From assembly GCA_963555755.3 (NCBI GenBank), contig OY820905.2, positions 4,128,001 to 4,192,000 of the forward strand: DNA of 64,000 nt, in the 5' to 3' direction. Every line of letters starts with the position of its first letter. The stretch's first letter is position 1. Both the position numbers and the translations under genes were made by a program. The notes under the pieces are model-generated. The model was not told the DNA's origin. It did not search any database and worked only from the letters and a program-made list of their open reading frames with translations. This DNA is from Nitrospirales bacterium (GTDB taxonomy: Bacteria > Nitrospirota > Nitrospiria > Nitrospirales > UBA8639). Shown in pieces: positions 19,160 through 30,163 of the stretch.

Positions 19160-20074
19160 ATGAATGTGATCCCCATTTCCACGTTAAACCATCGCGCCAA
19201 TCGAGATGCCCAAGGTGAGCCCCGGAAGCGGTTGCCGGCTTGGTTCAAGGTGAAAGTGCAGCGAGGAACGCATTATCAGGAAATGCGGCGTCTGGTTGAT
19301 GCGCAAGGGTTACATACAATATGCGAAGAAGCGCGATGTCCGAATATTTGGGAATGTTGGAATAATCGGACGGCGACCTTTTTACTGCTGGGGGATGTGT
19401 GTACCCGGCGGTGCCATTATTGTTCGGTGGAAACGGGAAAGCCGGGCGCGGTTGATGAGGCAGAGCCACGTCGTGTTGCCGAGGCGGTGGAGTCGCTGCA
19501 ATTGCGTCATGCCGTGCTCACCTCGGTGAACCGGGATGATCTGAAAGACGGTGGTGCATCAATCTTTGCTGCAACGATTCACGAGATTCGACGTACAATC
19601 CCGTCTTGTAAGGTCGAAGTGTTGATCCCTGATTTTCAAGGCAGCGAGTCTGCACTTGAACACTTGATGAGTGCGGCTCCTGACATTTTGAACCATAACG
19701 TGGAGACTGTGCCTCGTCTCTTTCCTGCGGTACGGCCTCAAGGAAAATACGCGCGTTCGTTAGAATTACTCGATCGGGCCAAGCGCCTGGGGGCCAAGAC
19801 CAAATCCGGCATGATGGTGGGCATGGGAGAAACGTTTGAAGAAGTTCTGCTGGTTCTTGAAGATCTGCGCTCCGTGGATTGTGATATCGTCTCGATTGGG
19901 CAATACCTTCAGCCCACGAAAGAGCATCGGATCGTGGAGCGATATTACATGCCTCAAGAGTTTGATGAACTGAAAGCACGTGGTACTGCCCTCGGGTTTC
20001 AGCATGTGGAGTCAGGTCCCCTGGTGCGCAGTTCCTATCATGCCGAACAGCAAGTCGAGGGATTGGCACTGTAA
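19160..20074 (+). CDS. lipA: Lipoyl synthase
   Basis: 'CEEARCPNIWEC', 'CTRRCHYC', 'RSSYHA'. Confidence 0.97.
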   Translation: MNVIPISTLNHRANRDAQGEPRKRLPAWFKVKVQRGTHYQEMRRLVDAQGLHTICEEARCPNIWECWNNRTATFLLLGDVCTRRCHYCSVETGKPGAVDEAEPRRVAEAVESLQLRHAVLTSVNRDDLKDGGASIFAATIHEIRRTIPSCKVEVLIPDFQGSESALEHLMSAAPDILNHNVETVPRLFPAVRPQGKYARSLELLDRAKRLGAKTKSGMMVGMGETFEEVLLVLEDLRSVDCDIVSIGQYLQPTKEHRIVERYYMPQEFDELKARGTALGFQHVESGPLVRSSYHAEQQVEGLAL

Positions 20075-20182
20075 GGTGTGACACCTGTTCGACCGACTTC
20101 TGGACATTGCATAATCCTGGGCATAGCCTATAATGAGTTCGAAAGGTTTATCTGAAACCAAAGGGTGTTTTGTTTTGTCCTC

Positions 20183-22315
20183 ATGCGCCTCAAACGCTGG
20201 CTCCTCCTCGCTCCACTCCTGTTAACCGTCTTCCTCCTCCAATCCTATTTTTGGGTTCCAACTTACGAAAAACAAGCGACAGGTAATCCGAAACGCTTGG
20301 TTACGTACATCGAAGGGTCGATTGGTGATGCGAAGGTTCTCAATCCGATATTAAATGCGGATTCGGCCAGCTCGAATATTGTCGGCCATGTCTTTGAAGG
20401 GTTGTTGGATCTTGATGAAAATCTGAACCTGCGTGGTCGCCTGGCTACGAAATGGACCCTATCCGAAAAAGCCTATTTGTTTGTCAGCCCGTCAAATCGC
20501 TTTCCTGACGGCACGGAGGTTTCTGGGCCTCGGTTGGTCAACCGGATTCGATCCGCTCTTCAACGAGCCTCTTTTTCGGTATTGGCTGAAAATGTCAAAG
20601 GCATGGAAGTCGTGCCTCCCACGAGCCTGACACAAAAGATTCCCATTCAAGAGAAGGGTGAAGATGGAAAGCCCAAACGAGGCGAAGTCGAGATTACCTT
20701 CAATATGCCGGAGCGAGTGGCCTTTTCATTACACCAGGTGGATCAAGACTTTTTTGCTAGGCTCATGCCGGTGATTGGCGACCGCTATTTGGAGAACTTT
20801 CCCTATGAGAAGTTTGTCCAGTTCCCCGATGGAATCACACCGGAAATCAAAGCCCAAGTTCGGGCTCAATTGTCAGGAATTTTCCCAGTCGCGGAACACA
20901 ATCCGATCATCGAATTTTCCCTACGAAAAGGCGTCCGTTTTCATGATGGGCATGAGTTTGATGCTGGAGATGTGAAATTTACCTATGAAGCCATCATGAA
21001 TCCAAATAATCTTTCACCACGCACCTCTGATTTTGAACCGATTAAATTTGTGAAAATTCTTGATTCACACAAGGTGCAAGTTGTGTATAAACGGTTATTC
21101 TCCCCTGCGATTAATGCCTGGATGATGGGGATCTTGCCTGAGCACTTACTCAATAAAAAGGCAATGCAGCAGGAAATGGAGAGACGCGAATTATCGGATG
21201 CCGCGCGTGAGGCGTTTGGTATGCGTGATAGTCAGTTTAATCGTCATCCAGTGGGTAGTGGCAGCTATCGGTTTGTTGAATGGCAAAGTGATGAGTTTAT
21301 TCATTTGGAACGATTTGAAACCTATTGGGAAGGCCCAGCAGAATATCATGACTTCTTCATGCGCATCATTCCAGATTTCTTCACGCAAGAAGTGGAGTTC
21401 CATGCGGGGGCGGTGGATGACTATAGTGCTCAGCCGCATCAGGTGGCTCGTTATAAACAGGATGCCCAATATCAAAATTTTTCAAGTTTGGGATTTGGGT
21501 ATACCTATATCGGCTATAACAATCGTCGTCCCTTGCTCTCGGATCCTGAAGTGAGAAGGGCCCTAGGCATGGCGATCAATGTTGAGGAGTTCATTAAATA
21601 TCTGCTGTATGGTGAAGGGGAACGTATTACTGGGCCGTATCCGAAGAATACCCAATGGAATGATCCGAGCGTGGCCCCTTTGCCGTATGACCCAGAAGGG
21701 GCGAAGGCGATATTATTGAAATTAGGTTGGGAAACCAATGCCGATGGGTGGTTGGAAAAGGACGGGAAAATTTTCGAATTTAATCTTATCACCAATAATG
21801 GGAATCCGATTCGAAAAAATATAATGATCATTGCGCAAAATGCCTGGAAAAAGATCGGGGTGAAATGTAATACACAGGTCTTTGAATGGGCAGTATTTCT
21901 CAAGGATTTTGTCAATACGGCACAATTTGATGCGGTCGTGTTGGGTTGGGGTATGGGAGTCGATCCCGATTTATTTCAATTGTGGCACTCGAGTGAGGCT
22001 GGTCCGCAACAATTAAATTTTGTGGGATATAATAATCCCAAAGCAGACGACTTAATCGTCAGGATTCGACAGGAATATGACGTGGCTCGGCAGCGAGACA
22101 TGGCTCATCAATTGCACGAACAAATATATGAGGACCAACCCTATACGTTTCTCTATGCACCCTTAGAAACAAAGGTCTTGGATAAAAAAATTGTCCTCGT
22201 TCATCGTGGAGAAGATGGTCAGGAAACCTATGAAAAAATTTACCCAACCAAAACCGGGAATATTTCGTATTATTTTAAAAAATGGCGAAAACTCGAAATG
22301 ACTCCGAACTTTTAA
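20183..22315 (+). CDS. Peptide ABC transporter substrate-binding protein (family 5), system 1
   Basis: 'LRKGVRFHDG...DVKFT', 'PVGSGSYRF', 'VRRALGMAIN'; N-terminal TM anchor. Confidence 0.9.
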   Translation: MRLKRWLLLAPLLLTVFLLQSYFWVPTYEKQATGNPKRLVTYIEGSIGDAKVLNPILNADSASSNIVGHVFEGLLDLDENLNLRGRLATKWTLSEKAYLFVSPSNRFPDGTEVSGPRLVNRIRSALQRASFSVLAENVKGMEVVPPTSLTQKIPIQEKGEDGKPKRGEVEITFNMPERVAFSLHQVDQDFFARLMPVIGDRYLENFPYEKFVQFPDGITPEIKAQVRAQLSGIFPVAEHNPIIEFSLRKGVRFHDGHEFDAGDVKFTYEAIMNPNNLSPRTSDFEPIKFVKILDSHKVQVVYKRLFSPAINAWMMGILPEHLLNKKAMQQEMERRELSDAAREAFGMRDSQFNRHPVGSGSYRFVEWQSDEFIHLERFETYWEGPAEYHDFFMRIIPDFFTQEVEFHAGAVDDYSAQPHQVARYKQDAQYQNFSSLGFGYTYIGYNNRRPLLSDPEVRRALGMAINVEEFIKYLLYGEGERITGPYPKNTQWNDPSVAPLPYDPEGAKAILLKLGWETNADGWLEKDGKIFEFNLITNNGNPIRKNIMIIAQNAWKKIGVKCNTQVFEWAVFLKDFVNTAQFDAVVLGWGMGVDPDLFQLWHSSEAGPQQLNFVGYNNPKADDLIVRIRQEYDVARQRDMAHQLHEQIYEDQPYTFLYAPLETKVLDKKIVLVHRGEDGQETYEKIYPTKTGNISYYFKKWRKLEMTPNF

Positions 22316-22397
22316 GGTTCCTTCACTAAATTGGGAAAGTCGGGAGGAAGGATTTTTCTTGCCATAGATTTTTTACGCGTACGAAGATTAAGAAAAT

Positions 22398-23360
22398 ATG
22401 CTGGCCTACATCGGTCGAAATATTGCACTTCGGGTCGTTCTGCTCTTTATTGTCTCGGTGCTGATTCATGGATTGATCCATCTCGCGCCAGGTGAACCGA
22501 GTGCGGTGGACCCCTCCAATCCGCGAATGAAGCCGCAGGATATTGCCAAAATTCGAGCGGCGTTTCATTTGGACGATCCCTTGTATCTTCAGTATGTCTA
22601 TTGGGTGAGAGATCTCGCCCGAGGGGAGTTGAAGTCGTTTAAGGATAATCAGCCAGTCCTCGGGAAAATTTGGCGACGGTTTTTAAATTCCCTCCCGCTT
22701 TTTATATGTTCAACGTTAATTGTATGGACGTTAGCCTTTCCAGTGGGGATTCAAGCCGCGATTCGAAGGGGTGCAGTGTTTGACCGGTCAAGTACATTGG
22801 TCGCCTATGCGTTGATCTCCTTTCCAGGATTCTTTTTGTCGTACATCATGATCTTAGGTGTTGTTGAAGTATTTCATGTGCCGGTTATTGGGCTCAGAAC
22901 TTTTGGAATGGAAGGGGCGACAGGAGCCTTTCAATTTATGGATCGGGTGTGGCATTTGGTGCTTCCCTCTTTATTGGGAGCTCTAGGTGGGATTGCTATT
23001 CTTTCTCGATATGTCCGTTCTCAAATGCTTGAGGTGGTGAGCCAAGATTATGTTCGGACTGCCAAAGCGAAGGGGTTGCACCAGGATGTGGTCATTTATC
23101 GGCATGCTCTGAGAAACGCCCTGCTGCCCTTTATTACGATGTTTGGTCTGCTCATCCCTGGGTTAGTTGGCGGATCGGTAATTTTTGAAACGATTTTTGC
23201 CTGGCCGGGGCTCGGGCTTCTTGGGTATGAGGCCATTCTCTCGAGAGACTTTCCTGTTATTCTCACATTAAATGTGTTTGGCGCGATGTTGACGTTGCTT
23301 GGGACGCTTGTCTCAGATGTGTTGTATGGGGTGGCCGATCCCAGAATTCGGTTGGAATAA
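22398..23360 (+). CDS. Peptide ABC transporter permease (DppB/OppB-like), system 1
   Basis: 'DYVRTAKAKGL...HALRNALLP', 'ETIFAWPGLG', 'DPRIR'. Confidence 0.93.
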   Translation: MLAYIGRNIALRVVLLFIVSVLIHGLIHLAPGEPSAVDPSNPRMKPQDIAKIRAAFHLDDPLYLQYVYWVRDLARGELKSFKDNQPVLGKIWRRFLNSLPLFICSTLIVWTLAFPVGIQAAIRRGAVFDRSSTLVAYALISFPGFFLSYIMILGVVEVFHVPVIGLRTFGMEGATGAFQFMDRVWHLVLPSLLGALGGIAILSRYVRSQMLEVVSQDYVRTAKAKGLHQDVVIYRHALRNALLPFITMFGLLIPGLVGGSVIFETIFAWPGLGLLGYEAILSRDFPVILTLNVFGAMLTLLGTLVSDVLYGVADPRIRLE

Positions 23361-23399
23361 TCTGGGCAGGAATATGAAACACTCATTGGCATCAAAAGT

Positions 23400-24380
23400 A
23401 TGAACACCGTGAATCGTCCTGTTGCCTCGGTAGATGCCGAAAAGCTTCCTCCACCTGAGACACCGTGGCAAGAATTTATCCGGGTGTATAAAAAAGATCG
23501 GTTGGCAGTCGTGAGTTCGATTGTCCTGGCCATTCTGGTGGTCGTGGGTATCAGCGGGAAAGTGTTCACTGAATGGGTGGTCGTGTTCGATGCGGAAGTC
23601 GTTCGGCTTCCCGATAAGTTTCTTCCTCCGTTGTCTACGCCATCTGTTGATATCATTCCTGCCCCAGACCTTCCCCAATTGGGTGTCTACGTATTTGGAA
23701 CGGATGAATTGGGGCGTGACGTGTTTGCTCGAATGCTCCAAGGGTCTTTTGTTTCACTGTCCATTGGATTCGTCGCGGTGGGGATATCCGTGGTCGTTGG
23801 AATTTTATTAGGGGGGCTTGCGGGGTTTTTTGGCAATATACAATTACTGAAAATTATGACCGTCGATACGCTCATCATGCGGTTTACAGATGTCATGCTC
23901 TGTATCCCAACGTTTTTTCTGATTTTGACCGTGGTCGCACTGCTCCCGCCAAGTATATACAACATCATGATTGTGATTGGGTTGTTCGGGTGGATGGGTA
24001 CGTGTCGGTTTGTCCGTGCAGAAATATTGGCGTTGCGGCAGCAAGATTTCGTGGTGGCGGCTGAAGCCCTTGGCCTACCTAAAGCAAGAATAATTTTTCG
24101 TCATTTGGTTCCGAATGCACTTGCTCCAGTGTTGGTCTCGACCACGATTGGTGTCGCGACAGCAATACTGACCGAATCGGGGCTGAGTTTTTTAGGATTT
24201 GGCGTTCAACCGCCGTATGCCACATGGGGAAATATTTTGACGGACGGGAAAGGTTTTATCTTTGATGCACCCTGGTTGTTCGTGATTCCAGGTATGGCTA
24301 TTTTTGTAGTTGTGCTCGCGTTTAATATAGTAGGCGAAGGGCTTCGTGAAGCGCTCAACCCGAAACTGCGGAGACGATAA
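23400..24380 (+). CDS. Peptide ABC transporter permease (DppC/OppC-like), system 1
   Basis: 'FGTDELGRDVFAR', 'ESGLSFLGFG', 'GEGLREALNP'. Confidence 0.93.
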   Translation: MNTVNRPVASVDAEKLPPPETPWQEFIRVYKKDRLAVVSSIVLAILVVVGISGKVFTEWVVVFDAEVVRLPDKFLPPLSTPSVDIIPAPDLPQLGVYVFGTDELGRDVFARMLQGSFVSLSIGFVAVGISVVVGILLGGLAGFFGNIQLLKIMTVDTLIMRFTDVMLCIPTFFLILTVVALLPPSIYNIMIVIGLFGWMGTCRFVRAEILALRQQDFVVAAEALGLPKARIIFRHLVPNALAPVLVSTTIGVATAILTESGLSFLGFGVQPPYATWGNILTDGKGFIFDAPWLFVIPGMAIFVVVLAFNIVGEGLREALNPKLRRR

Positions 24381-24383
24381 ACA

Positions 24384-25376
24384 TTGAATTCCTCAAACAG
24401 CCATCTTCTCGATGTTTCTCACCTCTATACCTCCTTCTTCTCGGATAAGGGTGAGATTCGAGCGGTGGAGGATGTGAGCTTTTCTATTCAGCCTGGGCAA
24501 ACGTTGGCGCTGGTTGGAGAATCGGGCTGTGGGAAATCCGTTATGGCATTGTCCATCATGCAGTTGTTAGATTATCCCGGAAGGGTCGTGAGTGGAAAGA
24601 TTGTCTTTAAAGGGCACGACTTGTTGACCTTGCCGAATAAAGAAATCCGCAAGGTACGCGGCAACCAAATTGGGATGGTCTTTCAAGAGCCAATGACGTC
24701 ACTTAATCCCGTCTTCACGATCGGCGATCAAATCGGTGAGGTGTTGGAAATTCATACCACCCTGTCTAGACATGAAGTCCGGCAAGAAGTCATCCGCTTA
24801 CTGGAGAAAGTCCACATCCCTTCGGCAGAACAGCGTATCAATCAATATCCGCATGAAATGTCGGGAGGCATGAAACAACGTGTAATGATTGCGATGGCGT
24901 TAGCGTGCAAGCCTGATCTCCTCATTGCCGATGAACCGACCACGGCCTTGGATGTCACGATTCAAGCGCAGATTTTAGAATTGCTCAAAGAGCTGCAACA
25001 AGAAATGGGCATGGCAATTTTGCTCATCACCCATAATCTTGGGGTGGTCGCTCAGTTTGCCCAGGACGTCATCGTGATGTACGCCAGTCGAATCGTGGAG
25101 CGTGCCAGTGTGTCGAAGCTCTTTGCCAACCCATCGCATCCGTACACGCGAGCGCTGTTGCGCTCGTTACCGAAACCTGGCCTGCGAGAGAAAAGGCTTG
25201 AGTCGATCCACGGTACGGTTCCCTCGCCGTTGGTCTATCCCAAAGGTTGTCATTTTTCGACGCGGTGCCCAGAGGTCTTGGAATGTTGCGCTGAGGAAGA
25301 ACCGCCATTGGTTCAGATAGAGTCTGACCATGAGGCTGTGTGTTGGTTGCACGATTCCAAAATTTTGAAGGTCTAA
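24384..25376 (+). CDS. Peptide ABC transporter ATPase (DppD/OppD-like), system 1
   Basis: 'GESGCGKS', 'MSGGMKQR', 'DEPTTALD', C-terminal Cys motif. Confidence 0.93.
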   Translation: MNSSNSHLLDVSHLYTSFFSDKGEIRAVEDVSFSIQPGQTLALVGESGCGKSVMALSIMQLLDYPGRVVSGKIVFKGHDLLTLPNKEIRKVRGNQIGMVFQEPMTSLNPVFTIGDQIGEVLEIHTTLSRHEVRQEVIRLLEKVHIPSAEQRINQYPHEMSGGMKQRVMIAMALACKPDLLIADEPTTALDVTIQAQILELLKELQQEMGMAILLITHNLGVVAQFAQDVIVMYASRIVERASVSKLFANPSHPYTRALLRSLPKPGLREKRLESIHGTVPSPLVYPKGCHFSTRCPEVLECCAEEEPPLVQIESDHEAVCWLHDSKILKV

Positions 25377-25556
25377 GGATCTGAGAGAAAATAACTTGAA
25401 TAATTTCGCGCCAAGATTTGGGTTGGATTTGGACGGAACGATTGAGAAAAACCCGAGGCATAGCACAGCTATGTTGAGGGTTTTTCGATTGAGGCCCGTT
25501 CAAAGATGGCCCGAAGATTGGATGCGAAATTATTCAAGTTATTTTCTCTCAGATCC
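25377..25556 (+). mobile_element. MITE family A copy 1 (180 bp)
   Basis: Long TIR GGATCTGAGAGAAAATAACTTGAATAATTTCGC and its exact complement; TAA on both flanks. Confidence 0.9.
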
Positions 25557-25578
25557 TAAAGCCAGAGAGAGAGTATTC

Positions 25579-27759
25579 TTGAGAGTCCTGGGTTCCCTCA
25601 TTGTCGTAATAGGCGCATTGAATGGCTGCACTGGTGAAGTGTGGAATAATCCGTATCCAGCACAGGAAAACGATAAGAATATTCTGTATTCCGATTTTGG
25701 ATCACGTCCCAAACATCTTGATCCCGTGCGTTCATATAGTTCCAATGAATACGCGATCATTGGCAATATTTATGAACCCCCGTTGCAATATCACTACCTG
25801 AAACGTCCGTATACCTTGGTGCCATTAACGGCAACTGAGATGCCCAAGCCGGTTTTTCTCGACAGGGTAGGCAATCGTCTGCCGGACGATGCGTCGGTTG
25901 AGGATATTGCCTTCAGTCTGTACGAAATCCGAATTCAACCGGGCATTCGCTATCAACCACATCCAGCTCTAGCGGTAGATAGTGAAGGGCACTACATGTA
26001 TCACACCCTTGAGCGTGATGTTCTTGCTGGAATTCACACTCTTTCGGATTTTGAGCACGTGGGGACTCGGGAACTCCTGGCGGAAGATTATGTGTATCAA
26101 ATTAAACGCATGGCACATCCGTCCTACAGCTGTCCGATCTTCGGTCTGATGACCGAATATATCGATGGATTGGCTGAATATGCCAAAACGCTGAAGACAG
26201 TTCATGATTCAAACTTTCAGCAAGGGAACTCTCCTGGTTGGTTCGATCTGCGTCAGCATGACTTTCCTGGCGTAGAAGTGGTGGACCGCTATACGTACCG
26301 CATTCGAATCAAAGGGAAGTATCCGCAGTTCAAATACTGGTTGGCTATGCCGTTTTTTGCGCCCATGCCTTGGGAGGCCGAGCGGTTTCATGCCCAGCCT
26401 GGAATGAAAGACAAAAACTTGACTCTCCACTGGTACCCTATTGGGACCGGGCCGTATATGCTGACGGTCAATAATCCCAATCTCCGCATGGTCATGGAAC
26501 GCAATCCGAATTTTCACGGCGAGACGTATCCAACCGAAGGGATGCCAGGAGATGAAGCAAAGGGGCTGTTGAACGACGCTGGGCAACCCATGCCGTTTAT
26601 TGAACAGGTCGTCCAAAGTCTGGAAAAAGAATCCATTCCGCGCTGGAATAAATTCCTCCAAGGTTATTACGACGTCTCTGGTATTGTTTCAGATACGTTC
26701 GATCAGGCTGTCAAGATTGGTGGGGGCGGAGAGCTCTCTCTGACTGAGGAAATGCAGACCAAGGGGATTCGACTTTCTACAGCGGTCGCGACTTCCACAT
26801 ATTATTTTGGGTTCAATATGCTCGACCCGGTTGTTGGACAGCCAGCTGGCGAAAAAGGCAAATTTCTCCGGCAAGCCATTGCCATTGCCGTTGACTATGA
26901 AGAATACATCTCGATTTTTTTGAACGGTCGCGGCATTGCCGCCCAGAGCCCCCTTCCACCTGGGATCTTTGGATACCGGGAAGGTGAGGCCGGGATCAAT
27001 CCGATGGTGTATGAGTGGAAGAACAATCGCCCGGTACGCCGTTCGTTACATGAGGCAAAGGCCTTACTAGAGAAGGCCGGGTATCCGGAAGGTCGACATG
27101 CCAAGACAGGCGAGCCTTTGAAGTTGTTTTTTGATGTCACGGCAAGCGGTCCGGACGACAAAGCCCGATTAAATTGGTGGCGAAAACAGTTTGCCAAGTT
27201 GAATATTGAACTGATTGTCAGGGGGACGGATTACAACCGCTTCCAGGACAAGATGCTCAAGGGAACGGCGCAGTTGTTTCAGTGGGGGTGGAATGCCGAC
27301 TACCCTGATCCCGAAAACTTTTTATTTTTACTCTACGGACCCAATGGCAAGAAAAAATACAAGGGGGAAAACGCCGGCAACTATCAGAGCGAGAAGTTCG
27401 ATGACCTCTACGAGAAGATGAAAAATATGGATAATAGTCCGACTCGGCAAGCCCTTGTCGACCAAATGGTCAAAATCCTGAGGGTGGATTCCCCCTGGCT
27501 TTGGGGAATCCACCCCAAGAGTTTTAGTCTCTATCACGACTGGTTTTTCAACTCTAAGCCAAACCTGATGGCGAATAACACACTGAAATACAAACGCATT
27601 GACCCGTCGTTGCGCATGGAAAAGCGGAGAAGCTGGAATCAACCTATTACATGGCCCCTTTGGGGCGGGACCGCGGTCTTGCTTGCGAGTCTGATCCCGG
27701 CAGTAGTCAGTTTCCGTCGACGCCAGCGCGCACGGCCACAAACAGGAGTTCAGGGATGA
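25579..27759 (+). CDS. Peptide ABC transporter substrate-binding lipoprotein, system 2 (start uncertain)
   Basis: Lipobox LNGC; 'PKHLDP', 'PIGTGPYML', 'GWNADYPDPENFL'; C-terminal TM; TTG 25579 chosen as first plausible start after the MITE. Confidence 0.85.
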   Translation: MRVLGSLIVVIGALNGCTGEVWNNPYPAQENDKNILYSDFGSRPKHLDPVRSYSSNEYAIIGNIYEPPLQYHYLKRPYTLVPLTATEMPKPVFLDRVGNRLPDDASVEDIAFSLYEIRIQPGIRYQPHPALAVDSEGHYMYHTLERDVLAGIHTLSDFEHVGTRELLAEDYVYQIKRMAHPSYSCPIFGLMTEYIDGLAEYAKTLKTVHDSNFQQGNSPGWFDLRQHDFPGVEVVDRYTYRIRIKGKYPQFKYWLAMPFFAPMPWEAERFHAQPGMKDKNLTLHWYPIGTGPYMLTVNNPNLRMVMERNPNFHGETYPTEGMPGDEAKGLLNDAGQPMPFIEQVVQSLEKESIPRWNKFLQGYYDVSGIVSDTFDQAVKIGGGGELSLTEEMQTKGIRLSTAVATSTYYFGFNMLDPVVGQPAGEKGKFLRQAIAIAVDYEEYISIFLNGRGIAAQSPLPPGIFGYREGEAGINPMVYEWKNNRPVRRSLHEAKALLEKAGYPEGRHAKTGEPLKLFFDVTASGPDDKARLNWWRKQFAKLNIELIVRGTDYNRFQDKMLKGTAQLFQWGWNADYPDPENFLFLLYGPNGKKKYKGENAGNYQSEKFDDLYEKMKNMDNSPTRQALVDQMVKILRVDSPWLWGIHPKSFSLYHDWFFNSKPNLMANNTLKYKRIDPSLRMEKRRSWNQPITWPLWGGTAVLLASLIPAVVSFRRRQRARPQTGVQG

Positions 27760-28733
27760 TCGCTTATGTGATCCGTCGAGTGATGTATGCCATCCCGATT
27801 CTTATCGGGGTCAACTTGATTACGTTTACCTTGTTCTTTGTTGTCAATCCCCCAGACAATATGGCGCGTCTTCACCTTGGTCTTCGACATGTGACGGACG
27901 CGAGCATTGAAAAGTGGAAATCTCAGCATGGATACGACAAACCATTGATCATCAACTATGAAGAGTCGGGACTCGCAACGTTGACTGAAACCGTCTTCTT
28001 TAACAAGTCAGTCAAGCTGTTCGTATTTGATTTTGGTGTGTCCGATAACGGACGTGATATTTCTTACGATATCAGCCAGCGGATGTGGCCAAGTCTCGCC
28101 ATTGCCGTGCCTTCCCTCATGATTGCCCTCATGGTGAATATCTCGTTTGCCCTGCTGCTCTCATTCTTTCGTGCGAGCTATATCGATCTGTGGGGGGTGG
28201 TGTTTTGCGTCATGATGATGTCAATCTCTGCCTTGTTTTATTATATTGGCGGCCAATTTTTGATTGGCAAACTTTTGCATCTGGTCCCCATCTCAGGATA
28301 TGACACCGGATTGGATGCCACCAAGTTCCTTCTGTTACCGGTCATCATCGGAGTCATCGCAGGAATTGGCTCGCTCACCCGTTGGTATCGCACGTTCTTT
28401 CTGGAGGAAATCAATAAGGACTTCGTGCGAACTGCTCGAGCAAAAGGATTGTCCGAAGTCGTGGTCCTGTTCCGCCATGTGTTACAGAATGCGCTCATCC
28501 CCATCCTGACCGGGATTGTGGCGGCCCTGCCGTTGTTGTTTATGGGTAGCCTTATTCTCGAGTCGTTCTTTGGTATCCCTGGTCTTGGTAGCTATACCAT
28601 CGATGCCATTAATCAACAGGATTTTGCCATTGTCCGCGCCATGGTGTTTCTTGGTTCTGTCCTGTATATCGTAGGGCTTGTCCTCACTGATATTTCCTAC
28701 ACCTTCGTTGATCCCAGGGTGCGATTACAGTAA
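27756..28733 (+). CDS. ABC permease (DppB-like), system 2
   Basis: 'MIAYVIRR', 'DFVRTARAKGL', 'DPRVRL'. Confidence 0.92.
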   Translation: MIAYVIRRVMYAIPILIGVNLITFTLFFVVNPPDNMARLHLGLRHVTDASIEKWKSQHGYDKPLIINYEESGLATLTETVFFNKSVKLFVFDFGVSDNGRDISYDISQRMWPSLAIAVPSLMIALMVNISFALLLSFFRASYIDLWGVVFCVMMMSISALFYYIGGQFLIGKLLHLVPISGYDTGLDATKFLLLPVIIGVIAGIGSLTRWYRTFFLEEINKDFVRTARAKGLSEVVVLFRHVLQNALIPILTGIVAALPLLFMGSLILESFFGIPGLGSYTIDAINQQDFAIVRAMVFLGSVLYIVGLVLTDISYTFVDPRVRLQ

Positions 28734-30163
28734 TGCTTTCGACCTTTCTCGATGTTGACTTCGTGTTGCTGTGGACTGACGCGCTGATATATCTCCTGGT
28801 CGGCGCAGTCATAGGGGTGTGGTGGTATGCCCGATCACGTGAGCATTTGCTTGCCCCATGGCGGCAGGTGCTGAGGAAACCATTGGGAATGAGTGCGTTA
28901 CTGGTGTTGGGGATCTATCTTTTTATTGGTCTGGCCGACTCGGTTCATTACAAGCCTCGCATTGGGGAAGATGCACAAGGAAAGCCCCAATATGCCGCAC
29001 AGATCTGGAGTGGGTTAGATGCCGCTCTCACGCCATTACGTGACAGAGGTGAAAAGACATATTCCGCTCCGTTTGCCGTGCATTTATATATGAAGGAAAC
29101 GATCGAGGACAGCAGCGGGACGAAACGACGGGAATATCCAAGACTCAAATTTGGTGGTAGGCACCTCAGTGACCCAGCGCGCGAACATTCAGATGATATC
29201 CTGCAACGCATCGTCATTGGCATTGCCACGGGAGTAGGGGGTGCCATCGCCATTGTTCTCCTCGTGGCAGGGACTCTCTCGATTCGTTGTAAGGAAACAT
29301 TGAGCACCGTGTTCGTGACCATGGTCAAAGGCCAACGCGATCTTCCGTGGCGGAGTCTGTTCGGCACGCTTCTGGGTCTCACGATCTTTATGGGTGTCCT
29401 GTGGAACACAGCGGGCTCCTATCATGTGTTTGGCACTGACAAAGTGGGTGAGGATGTCCTGTATCAGTCGCTCAAAAGCATCAGAACCGGCCTTCTCATT
29501 GGGACACTCACCACTTTGGTGATGCTACCTTTTGCCATCCTGCTCGGGATCATGGCTGGATTTTTCAAAGGCTGGATCGATGATGTCATCCAATATATCT
29601 ATACCACCTTGAATTCCATTCCCGGTGTGTTGTTGATCGCGTCAGCGGTCCTCATGATGTTGGTCTATATGGAAACGCATCCGGGAATGTTCGGCACGGG
29701 CGTGGAGCGTGCTGATTTTCGTCTGTTATTTTTGTGCGTCATCTTGGGCGTCACGAGTTGGACGGGGTTATGCCGATTGCTACGGGCCGAGACCCTGAAG
29801 TTAAGCGAATTGGAATATGTCCAGGCGGCCACGGCGTTGGGGGTAACGCACTTCACGATCATTTTTCGTCATGTCCTGCCTAACGTCATGCATATTGTGC
29901 TCATTGCGATCGCGATGGATTTCAGCGGTCTTGTGTTGGCCGAAGCGGTCCTGTCCTATCTCAATATCGGAGTCGATCCCACTACGTACAGCTGGGGGAA
30001 TATGATCAATAGCGCCCGTCTTGAAATGGCTCGCGAACCCATTGTGTGGTGGTCTCTGTTCGCGTCATTTTTCTTCATGTTCCTGCTTGTGCTCAGCGCG
30101 AATCTCTTTGCCGATGCGGTTCGGGATGCCTTTGACCCGCGTCTCAGGGAACATCAAGGATGA
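28733..30163 (+). CDS. ABC permease (DppC-like, extended), system 2
   Basis: 'FGTDKVGEDV', 'AEAVLSYL', 'DAVRDAFDPR'. Confidence 0.92.
   Translation: MLSTFLDVDFVLLWTDALIYLLVGAVIGVWWYARSREHLLAPWRQVLRKPLGMSALLVLGIYLFIGLADSVHYKPRIGEDAQGKPQYAAQIWSGLDAALTPLRDRGEKTYSAPFAVHLYMKETIEDSSGTKRREYPRLKFGGRHLSDPAREHSDDILQRIVIGIATGVGGAIAIVLLVAGTLSIRCKETLSTVFVTMVKGQRDLPWRSLFGTLLGLTIFMGVLWNTAGSYHVFGTDKVGEDVLYQSLKSIRTGLLIGTLTTLVMLPFAILLGIMAGFFKGWIDDVIQYIYTTLNSIPGVLLIASAVLMMLVYMETHPGMFGTGVERADFRLLFLCVILGVTSWTGLCRLLRAETLKLSELEYVQAATALGVTHFTIIFRHVLPNVMHIVLIAIAMDFSGLVLAEAVLSYLNIGVDPTTYSWGNMINSARLEMAREPIVWWSLFASFFFMFLLVLSANLFADAVRDAFDPRLREHQG

Noticed and set aside
18753..19163. Short ORFs between the response regulator and lipA
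   Set aside because: No motifs; more likely a divergent promoter region.
25396..25578. N-terminal 61-aa extension of the system-2 binding protein
   Set aside because: Mostly MITE A sequence; the lipoprotein signal begins after it. Kept only as a possibility in the findings.
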